Shown here: positions 10,697 through 18,244 of the stretch, piece by piece
Position numbering within the stretch: the first letter of the stretch is position 1
Layout of the letters: each line of letters starts with the position of its first letter
From: a virus
Lineage: Duplodnaviria; Caudoviricetes
Virus record (IMG/VR): IMGVR_UViG_3300013121_000023
Location: 113,133 to 177,132 of that record
DNA length: 64,000 nucleotides
Direction: 5' to 3' (one strand)
Made by a program: the position numbers and the translations under genes
The notes under the pieces: generated by a model
Database searches by the model: none
Told to the model about the DNA's origin: nothing
What the model saw: only the letters and a program-made list of their open reading frames with translations

Positions 10697-11073
10697 AAAT
10701 ACTTGAATCTATGCGCCTCAATGTATGAGGCCATTACCTCTGCAATGTAGTCGGGGGCAATTCCCCGAAGTGCATTGCGACTGAGCACTTTTGCGGTACC
10801 CTTCCCCCACGGTACCTTCACTGCCTCAATATATGGTTTGCCCTCCCCTTCTGGATGGCGCATTGTTAGCAAGTGTCTCGCTGCCTGCATCAGCAGGGAG
10901 CTTACCTCCTTCGGCTCCTCCAGCCAAAGGATGTGGATTACTGGGTGGTTCAGCACCACCCTCAATTGCTTTATGGTTTCTTCATTTGCAATATCAGTGT
11001 ACCTAGTGCCCTCATGTACGAATGTCCTAATGTCCAACAGGGCCTTCCGAAGGCCCTCTATGTTTTCGTACAT
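10696..11073 (-). CDS. Hypothetical protein
   Basis: AGGAGG RBS; TTA at 10696-10698 directly before the terminator (standard end 10627). Confidence 0.7.
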
Positions 11074-11186
11074 AGTACCTCCTTTCATATATCTTATGCC
11101 ATTTTTACGAATAAATTAAGGTACACATAAGTAATAATCGAGGGGCTAAAGAAATGGAAGGATAGCTCCATCTCTAATAAGTGTTG

Positions 11187-11258
11187 TGCCCCAGAGAGGA
11201 ATCGAACCTCCTTTAGCCTCCTTGTAAGGGAGGTGCCGGACCAGCTGGCTCCTGGGGC
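11187..11258 (-). tRNA. tRNA-Val(UAC), atypical D arm
   Basis: CCTCC CT TAC AA GGAGG; T loop TTCGATT. Confidence 0.8.
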
Positions 11259-11263
11259 AACTG

Positions 11264-11554
11264 TAACTTAGATATATCCAAAGAAAGGGAAATCAGCATA
11301 CCAATGAATTGGTCTCTTCCTTTTTCTACTTCTGTTATGAATTCCGAAACCAATTTGGTTTCGGTCGTGCCATTTGACTCTATTGTCATGTTCATGTTAT
11401 GAAAACATGACGATGCTGAATCTGGCCATATTGTGTGTGATACTTTATTAAACCGTTTGTGGAATAGATGCCACGCATCTCTAAAGCAGTCTGTTACATA
11501 GACCATAACCACCAGTTCTTTTCTTTCTGTGTCCTTTATGAAGTAAACGTTCAT
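11264..11554 (-). CDS. Hypothetical protein in tRNA cluster
   Basis: TTA at 11264-11266 ends it before tRNA-Val; standard end 11213 lies inside the tRNA. Confidence 0.65.
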
Positions 11555-11590
11555 TCTTCATTCCTTTCATTTTTACTCATATAGTAACAG

Positions 11591-11664
11591 TGGGACCACT
11601 CGGATTCGAACCGAGAACATCCCGGTTATGAGCCGGGGGCTCTGACCGATTGAGCTATAGTCCC
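11591..11664 (-). tRNA. tRNA-CAU, probably Ile2 (lysidine type)
   Basis: CCCGG CT CAT AA CCGGG; Ile2-like GGCTCATAACC. Confidence 0.85.
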
Positions 11665-11743
11665 AAACAAGCCGTTTTTAAATAAACGGCAAGGATTTAT
11701 TGCATGACGTGGCCTCAGCCCGCCTTATCTATGCAATACATCG

Positions 11744-11815
11744 AGCCCACTATGGGATTTGAACCCATGACCTACGGTTTACAAAACCGTTGCTCTACCA
11801 CTGAGCTATGTGGGC
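11744..11815 (-). tRNA. tRNA-Thr(UGU)
   Basis: ACGGT TT TGT AA ACCGT. Confidence 0.9.
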
Positions 11816-11818
11816 AGG

Positions 11819-11928
11819 AGCGACAGGCCCGAGTCGAACGGGCGACCAACGGAAAACCGCTGCTCTACGGGGCCATCACCAGACAGAACGTTACTTGTCT
11901 GGCTTGTGACCTACTGAGCTACTGTCGC
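11819..11928 (-). ncRNA. tRNA-like RNA with expanded D loop and truncated anticodon arm
   Basis: Acceptor GCGACAG/CTGTCGC, D stem GCTC/GAGC around about 50 nt, arm GCGG-TTTT-CCGT, normal T arm. Confidence 0.75.
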
Positions 11929-11951
11929 AAAAAAGGCTTATATAGCCTTTG

Positions 11952-12023
11952 TGGATCGTCTAGGAATTGAACCTAGGCACAGCGCTTATAAGACGCCGCA
12001 GGGCAACCAGCCCGTCACGATCC
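11952..12023 (-). tRNA. tRNA-Ile(UAU)
   Basis: GGCGT CT TAT AA GCGCT; acceptor GGATCGT/ACGATCC. Confidence 0.75.
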
Positions 12024-12102
12024 ATAAGAGGTACACCGGAGACCCGATGAAGCCTTCCGCCAGCATGGTAGGAAGAAGGAGTGTCACCACGATGTACCTC
12101 GG

Positions 12103-12174
12103 CATCCCTGACAGGATTTGAACCTGTGACCCGGAGATTAGAAATCTCCTGCTCTTCCGCTGAGCTACAGGGAC
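12103..12174 (-). tRNA. tRNA-Arg(UCU)
   Basis: GGAGA TT TCT AA TCTCC. Confidence 0.9.
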
Positions 12175-12412
12175 ATCTACGCCTTCACTCATATTTCTTA
12201 TTGCGCTATTTATTTGATTTTTTCTTACGGTAGCTAAAAATAGATAGGGTTTGCTGATATAGGAGTAAGTTGGCCCGCCGTCATGATCGCCGTTATACCG
12301 GATGGAGTCTGGAGTACAGCTACTATCAACCGGGCCGAGAAGATAGATTTACAACGAACTGGTGTGGTTCGTATGACTAACGGTCTTTCGGGGCGCCTCA
12401 TCAAGACCGCTG

Positions 12413-12491
12413 TGCTCTTGGCAGGAGTCGAACCTGCAAATAATAAAGCCGCTTTTGAAACGGCCGCGTCTGCCTATTTCGCCACAAGAGC
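12413..12491 (-). tRNA. tRNA-Leu(CAA)
   Basis: GCCGT TT CAA AA GCGGC; Leu-type D arm. Confidence 0.85.
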
Positions 12492-12550
12492 TTTGGCCGT
12501 CACCCCCCACACCAACTACTAGAGCTGTGTGGGGGGGGGGTTTCGTAGGT

Positions 12551-12649
12551 AGACCCCGAGTTAGAAAGCCGTTCTGCATCTTCAGTATTCGGCGAAGAAA
12601 AAGAGAGTTGCACTCTTTTCGGGCGTGTATGGCTTTCTTGGTGGGGTCT
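12551..12649 (-). ncRNA. Structured RNA A (sibling of 12739..12884)
   Basis: Terminal stem AGACCCC/GGGGTCT plus an inner stem. Confidence 0.55.
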
Positions 12650-12652
12650 TGG

Positions 12653-12734
12653 AAAGCGAAGAGGAATTGAACCTCTTATCTCCATTTCGGTAGTTGGCCT
12701 AGATGGATGGTTTTTGCCTTTAACCTACGCTTCA
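12653..12734 (-). ncRNA. tRNA-like RNA with 17-nt anticodon loop
   Basis: D, T and acceptor arms present; TCCAT-[CTAGGCCAACTACCGAA]-ATGGA. Confidence 0.6.
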
Positions 12735-12738
12735 TAAT

Positions 12739-12884
12739 GAGACCCGAGTTACTGCACCATTGTCCTTGTTAGGACTGGTTTTGGTTACCAGTTGCCGACC
12801 ACCGGCACCTACCCCTTATACGGGGTAGCTAGGATTCGAACCTAGTTTTTGGGGTTGCGTGTAGGATGCAGTTGTTTGGGTCTC
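12739..12884 (-). ncRNA. Structured RNA B with circularly permuted tRNA module
   Basis: T arm, loop-closed acceptor stem, D arm and anticodon-like arm inside paired ends. Confidence 0.65.
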
Positions 12885-12886
12885 GG

Positions 12887-12968
12887 TGCTGAGAGAGGGA
12901 CTCGAACCCTCACGGTTTTACCCGCCGGTACCTAAAACCGGGGCGTCTACCTATTCCGCCACCTCAGC
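12887..12968 (-). tRNA. tRNA-Leu(UAG)
   Basis: CCGGT TT TAG GT ACCGG; long variable arm. Confidence 0.9.
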
Positions 12969-13042
12969 AAGAAAGGGTGTAAGTAACGTGTGTAGGGACG
13001 AACGGCGAAGAACATCCAAGTACTCACGTTAAGCACACCCTG

Positions 13043-13121
13043 TGGGGTAGATAGGGATCGCACCTATCAGCTCTGGGCAGCGGTTTTACAGACCGCCTGA
13101 AGCACTAGCTTCGTCTACCCC
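13043..13121 (-). tRNA. tRNA-Tyr(GUA), atypical
   Basis: GCGGT CT GTA AA ACCGC; T loop TGCGATC. Confidence 0.75.
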
Positions 13122-13215
13122 TGGCGCGCTGGCTTTCATAGAACGTTGCTGTACAGCAGCTACAGCTAACTACGAGCAGAGTCGTAACACTCTGACTCAA
13201 GCCGCGCAATCATTT

Positions 13216-13710
13216 TTATAAAGCTCTTCTTTTTTCTTTTGTAAAGAAGTCCAAGAGGTCTTGTGGAGAAGTAGCGCTTGGAACCAAGTCCGCCGAGCCT
13301 GGGTATTTGGCGGCCTTTAGGACGAACACAACGGATTCAGAGCAAAACATTGCGTGAGTGGTGTCAAATGGGTTTCTCCATTTCATTTTTAGCCACTTAC
13401 CTATTTGTACAAAGAATGCGCCTATTAGACCTGTGTAGTCATATCCACCACCTAGCCAATCTGTAGCCACACGCACACCCTCATCTAGCGGTTCTTGCGG
13501 AGTTATTATTTCTACTATGTCGTGTGTTTCTGCAAACCTAGAAAAGGAGGTCAACTTGAATCCTCCCTTTGTAGCTTCCATAACCATGGATTTACCTAGA
13601 AATGCATTTTCTATGATAAGCCATACGTGACTTACACGGCTCTTTGTGACCGCGCGTATGATTCTAGATATGACGTTGTTTTTGCTAGTAGAGAATCCTA
13701 TTCTGACCAC
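13216..13710 (-). CDS. Permuted papain-like (YiiX/NlpC-P60) amidase
   Basis: SHV...YDY...FCSE motif order; ends TTA TAA. Confidence 0.8.
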   Translation of the reverse strand: MVRIGFSTSKNNVISRIIRAVTKSRVSHVWLIIENAFLGKSMVMEATKGGFKLTSFSRFAETHDIVEIITPQEPLDEGVRVATDWLGGGYDYTGLIGAFFVQIGKWLKMKWRNPFDTTHAMFCSESVVFVLKAAKYPGSADLVPSATSPQDLLDFFTKEKRRAL

Positions 13711-13714
13711 AGTA

Positions 13715-14014
13715 TCACCTCCAGTTGTCTAGCGCGTGCCATATAAACAACAACCCCACTACACACGTAAGAGGATCTGATATCCACGAATTCCAAAAAC
13801 TCTCTGGTGTCAGCCATAGATTAGGCCATTTCTTCTCAGCGAACTTTTCAAATATTTCCCAAACAAAGGCCAAACCTAGGCATACACCCATAGCAATGTT
13901 TCTGTCTGCTCTTATTGCCCAAGTGTTAGACCCTATAAACACCCAGAAACAGAAGTGCACTATCGACCATACGTCAAATAGTGCATACCCAGCGCGGCCT
14001 ATGAACCAGCTCAT
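13715..14014 (-). CDS. Small membrane protein
   Basis: D.WS..H...WE..E...ES.WNS..D with hydrophobic helices. Confidence 0.7.
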   Translation of the reverse strand: MSWFIGRAGYALFDVWSIVHFCFWVFIGSNTWAIRADRNIAMGVCLGLAFVWEIFEKFAEKKWPNLWLTPESFWNSWISDPLTCVVGLLFIWHALDNWR

Positions 14015-14808
14015 GTCTTTGCTCTCCCTAGATCTAGCCAGAAGGCTACTTTGAGTCCTTCATGCGCTGTGTGGTTATGTACCCATACTCGGAACTTCCA
14101 GTGAGGTAGAAGCAGCTTCGTCTCTATGGCTGCTAGCGTAAGAGTCTGCTGGCTGCTCGTCCCATGCATAGGAATAGAACGCGCGTGAGTAACAAGCGTT
14201 ACCTCGGTAGCGAGTAGGTTAAATCTCCCCTTTTTCTCGTAATTGGGGGATATCGCACCTCTGCCTATCAGCGGAGGATCTGTACCGCCATCTGTCCAAT
14301 TCCAGAAGCAGTATCCCTCTGTTTGATCTACCCAGTCGTCGCCGTAAGGAATGGGCACCGCTGTATCTAGGTCTACGTTGTGCGTGCCTGCTCCTGGGGC
14401 GCCTGCTGTCCAAGGCACTATCAAAAGACCATTTTGATCTGGGAGTCCGGTTAGGTGGTTAACCCTCATACAGTTACCATCTAGCCCTGGCGCCTCTACA
14501 ACAGTAGACGCTGGGGCGATCAGCTGTAGAGAGCAGGTATCACCGAACTCTGCGCCTCTAGGCACAAGAGACCCACCAGCAATCCAAACCGGGTCTACAA
14601 AGCCAAATTCGAACGGGGCGGTATTGTTGCTCCCGTTCAAATTGTTAGGCGAAGCGTCTACCTCAAACATAGGGCCCGTACCACGGGCAGCATCCAAGTT
14701 TGGGTTAGCTAGGTCGTCGGCCTGACCGGTAAGATACCTGTAGTTCTTGTCCGGGTAGATATTAGGTGCATGAAAAGGCTTACCGTCAAATGCGCGCGGA
14801 ACACCCAT
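14011..14808 (-). CDS. Putative virion protein
   Basis: Beta-rich G/P composition; structural cluster. Confidence 0.6.
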   Translation of the reverse strand: MGVPRAFDGKPFHAPNIYPDKNYRYLTGQADDLANPNLDAARGTGPMFEVDASPNNLNGSNNTAPFEFGFVDPVWIAGGSLVPRGAEFGDTCSLQLIAPASTVVEAPGLDGNCMRVNHLTGLPDQNGLLIVPWTAGAPGAGTHNVDLDTAVPIPYGDDWVDQTEGYCFWNWTDGGTDPPLIGRGAISPNYEKKGRFNLLATEVTLVTHARSIPMHGTSSQQTLTLAAIETKLLLPHWKFRVWVHNHTAHEGLKVAFWLDLGRAKT

Positions 14809-14810
14809 GG

Positions 14811-15455
14811 TTACACCTGCGTAAAGACGAAGATGACATCAAACGCTCCCTGAGTCGTATTTGTCACGAACTTCAGGTGGATACCCTGACCGGCCCTTAT
14901 GGTAATCGGCTTCTGTACAGGGTCTCTCTTAGCTCTAGCTGGCAAGAAGTTGGCGATGGCCTGCTGCGCACCTTCTTGGTCTAGTGTACCAGGGCCCCAC
15001 TCATCAGTAGATATCCTGATGATATCTAGAGGCTGGGCTTCTTCTGTGCCGCCCAATGTAGCACCGGTATGCATCACAATACCTGCGCCAAGAGAATCAT
15101 CCGTATCATGTGCTCTAGGCGTAACAGCCGTACCACCAGTAGGGGCGACTGTATGTGACCACCGTACCAAGTTGAACTGTCCCGCAACGCCTGTAACCGC
15201 CGTAGTTTGGGAATTTCTCAGGTAGTACTCTCGTAGCTTCACTACCTTTGTAGAACCTACGGGATTATACAGAGACAGCATTGACTTGTTGAGAGTCAGA
15301 GCTGCGCCAACGGCGATACTGGTAAACGTAGCTTCTTCCGTAGGGGCCTGTGTAACAGCAAACCTGTACACACCATTATCTAGGATGATGTTTACAGGGT
15401 TGCCGCTGGGATCGCGTACTACGACATCTCCCTCTATTACTGAGAAGGCGCCCAT
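14811..15455 (-). CDS. Putative virion protein
   Basis: T/G/A-rich; structural cluster. Confidence 0.6.
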   Translation of the reverse strand: MGAFSVIEGDVVVRDPSGNPVNIILDNGVYRFAVTQAPTEEATFTSIAVGAALTLNKSMLSLYNPVGSTKVVKLREYYLRNSQTTAVTGVAGQFNLVRWSHTVAPTGGTAVTPRAHDTDDSLGAGIVMHTGATLGGTEEAQPLDIIRISTDEWGPGTLDQEGAQQAIANFLPARAKRDPVQKPITIRAGQGIHLKFVTNTTQGAFDVIFVFTQV

Positions 15456-16000
15456 AACGTCTCCGTGGTGGTGATGCTGGTAACGCTTCCACCTGCTCGT
15501 GTAAACACATGTGTGAGCGTCTGCACCAAAACGCCAGACCCATCGTACTGATTTTCTACTACTTGGCTCACAAGGCCGCCAGTTCTTGTAAGAATAGCCT
15601 CTCGTACTTTTATGAGTTTAGCTGGGCTAGTCCACACAGTAACAGCCGCAACCCTACCGGATGTTCTACTTATTTCCGTGTAACAAGTTTCGGCTAGATC
15701 GTGGACCAGACTATCTATTACTTCATGAGAACCTGGAGTGAGACCACCACCACCTGTAACCATGTCTGTTAGAGACACTGGTGTTGGGTTGGTGCCGTCT
15801 TTGAATTTAAGATCGTTTCCATCCCTGAATATTAGAACGCCGTAGTCTCTATTTGAAGCATCCTGCACATAAAGACCAGCCGACTCCAGAGCGTCCTGTT
15901 GAGGATTTATTCCAGCAGGGTAGGGAAAGTTCTGTGCATCTTGCCCACCATCTGCCGTACTTTCGGTTTTGTATACCTGAACGCGCTCTGGAGTCGGCAT
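15455..16000 (-). CDS. Putative virion protein
   Basis: R(T/A)GG.V beta repeats; TTATG overlap (standard end 15437). Confidence 0.65.
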
Positions 16001-16008
16001 GGCTAACC

Positions 16009-17205
16009 TCAAGGCTTCTTGCCGAAGTCGTGAATCTTGACCATCAGGTCTGTTGTGTTCTTGGCCACTCCTACCAAGACGACGCGATTGCCGCCGCCGG
16101 GTGGAGTTGCTTGTATACCGCCTGTGGGGGCCAAGTAATAATTAGACCCAGCTGTTAGGCCACCAATTGCGATCAAACCGCTGCTGGTGTAGTTTACGGC
16201 CGCAGGGGATGTAACCGCAGCTCTAGCCAGGCCCATGACAAAGGACTTGGCGTCTGTGTCTGCTCTGGCTTTGCCAGCCGTGTTCGCGGTTGTTGTGTAG
16301 TAGATAGGATCGCCTATGGACAGGTTGTCCGCTGTCGCAGAAACAGTATCAGCCACTCTCTTATGATCGTGAATGTCACCAACATAAGATGGTGTTGTGG
16401 AAGTACCGTCTACTAGCAGATTAACGTTTGCAGCAGTAACAGCAGCGCTGGTAGCTACACCGTTTATCTCAAACAGGGAAGGCAGACCCTTGACCGATAT
16501 ACCAGAAGCGCCGATCTGTAGTGTCGTACCATTTAGCTTGATGGCGACACCAGCAGCAGTTACCTGAATGGCGCCAGTAGTGCCATCCGGTTTTACGGCC
16601 AGTTTACCGTTGGGAGATACGCCAACAAACTGTAGACCTGGCGTTGTGTCTAGCTCTACAGAAAATTCGTTACCCGACAGTATAATGCCGTCACCACCTG
16701 TGTAACCGGTGGCACTGGAGAACTGGATAAACGCCAGGTTATTTGTATCTATTACAGCTGGCGCGTCTGTGGTGCAGACCCAAGCTGTGTCTGCGTACAG
16801 TGTTCCCTGTGTAGCCCACACAGCTGTATTTTCTGCGTCGCCGCCAGTAGGGAAGTCGGCCGGTCTAGACCACGCACCGGCCGCAACAACCCAAATACCG
16901 TTTTGAGACGCTGTTGACTGGGCGGTCAAAAGAACGCGGTCACCAGCAGTGGTAGCAATGCTGTCGATGTTTGGAGTACCAGACAGCGACGCGATGTTAG
17001 CTGTAGCTACGAGCTTTACCGGATTTTTCCAAGAAAGACCGTAAACAACGCTGTCTACGTATGCTTTCGTAGCGGCATCTCCAGCGCTTGACGGTGTTCC
17101 AAGGTTGACTACACGACCACCCTGCATATCAAGGTGATCGCCAGACGCGAAGTCAGAGAAATAGTTGTATGTGGCGTCACGGAATACGGGTTTGTTCGTA
17201 GCCAT
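16009..17205 (-). CDS. Head/tail fiber-like virion protein
   Basis: NLGTP..AGDAATKAYVD stalk motif, GDRVLL..Q...QNGIWV module, cement-like C-terminus. Confidence 0.75.
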   Translation of the reverse strand: MATNKPVFRDATYNYFSDFASGDHLDMQGGRVVNLGTPSSAGDAATKAYVDSVVYGLSWKNPVKLVATANIASLSGTPNIDSIATTAGDRVLLTAQSTASQNGIWVVAAGAWSRPADFPTGGDAENTAVWATQGTLYADTAWVCTTDAPAVIDTNNLAFIQFSSATGYTGGDGIILSGNEFSVELDTTPGLQFVGVSPNGKLAVKPDGTTGAIQVTAAGVAIKLNGTTLQIGASGISVKGLPSLFEINGVATSAAVTAANVNLLVDGTSTTPSYVGDIHDHKRVADTVSATADNLSIGDPIYYTTTANTAGKARADTDAKSFVMGLARAAVTSPAAVNYTSSGLIAIGGLTAGSNYYLAPTGGIQATPPGGGNRVVLVGVAKNTTDLMVKIHDFGKKP

Positions 17206-17215
17206 TTGATACCTC

Positions 17216-17626
17216 TTATGGGTGCATGTTTATGCGCCCGGTATCAACATCATACGCTACGTTGTCCCAGTTCCCTATATCGTACTTCTCACCCAAATCT
17301 TTCTTTAGCTTTTCTATTTCGGCGGTTTTGTCTTTTGATTTTTCGTTTAGAAAAGCCACTCGTTCATTTATGCCGCGCATAGTGTGCCCTACTTGAAGCT
17401 CTGTGATACGAGCTTTTAGCTTGGCCACTTCTATGCTCATAGATGCTATTGCAGCATCTTTCTCAAGCATTGACTTGTTCAGCTCTAGGTTGTCCCTTTC
17501 AGTCTCAAGAAGATTTATCTGTAGCAGGTCTTCTTTGCTGAGATATTTAGCTGCTGGTGCATCTACCTCTGGCATTCTTGTGTTGGCGCCTTTCGATGGT
17601 TCCTCTGCAAGCATCACGTCTTCCAT
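17216..17626 (-). CDS. Coiled-coil protein
   Basis: Heptad pattern. Confidence 0.65.
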   Translation of the reverse strand: MEDVMLAEEPSKGANTRMPEVDAPAAKYLSKEDLLQINLLETERDNLELNKSMLEKDAAIASMSIEVAKLKARITELQVGHTMRGINERVAFLNEKSKDKTAEIEKLKKDLGEKYDIGNWDNVAYDVDTGRINMHP

Positions 17627-18102
17627 AACAGTCTCCTGTAAAGCTCTAGTGAAGGTTTCACTATGAGCGTATTTTCGTCCAAAGCCTGACCAAACGTTTG
17701 ATGATAACCAGATGCAGGCGGTGTCGTAGATAGTGTGCCTGTTGCAGATACCCAGTATCTTGCATTTGGCGTAAAACCAGGTTTTTGATAAATGCCGTAT
17801 ATAAGTACGGCTACCTGTATCGGGTTTATGACAGCCGTAACAATACCTATAGCTGGCATTTTATTTATGTCTGACACATCAGCTACGTCCACTGTAGGTA
17901 GGCCACCAGAAGACATGCCAGACACATACACTACGTAGCCAACGCCTGCTGTGGAGTTGTTAGCTACGATGGTTTGGTTCAGGGGCCATAGATTAGCAAG
18001 AATAGCCTTTCTGGTTTCACCAGACTGAACGATTGGAACAAGCTCGGCACCGGTAACAGCCGATGCTGGGTTTAGTTGGCTTATCTTCCTGCTAACCGCC
18101 AT
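17626..18102 (-). CDS. Capsid decoration/cement-like protein
   Basis: KISQL..A...GAELVPIVQ N-terminus; AIGIV..G...Y.VS..G.L...PP; TTATG overlap. Confidence 0.6.
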
Positions 18103-18106
18103 GAGT

Positions 18107-18244
18107 TAACTCTTGCAGCAGATAGCCGCCGTCTTCTTGAACTAGGTCGTCTGTATTTTCACACAGAATATGTCCGCCCTCATCATCTTCATCTCGTACT
18201 TGGTACGGGCGGGCATGTAGGTGGGAATTCGTATGTATCGGCAT
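18107..18244 (-). CDS. 45-aa virion-like peptide, not in the ORF track
   Basis: MPIHT...HILCENTDDLVQEDGGYLLQE; starts in TTATG and ends at TTA. Confidence 0.6.

Noticed and set aside
11704-12685. ORF-track ORFs in the tRNA cluster
   Set aside because: They are shadows of RNA genes.
12739-12884. Permuted tmRNA
   Set aside because: No G3-U70 pair or A73, no tag ORF, and too short.
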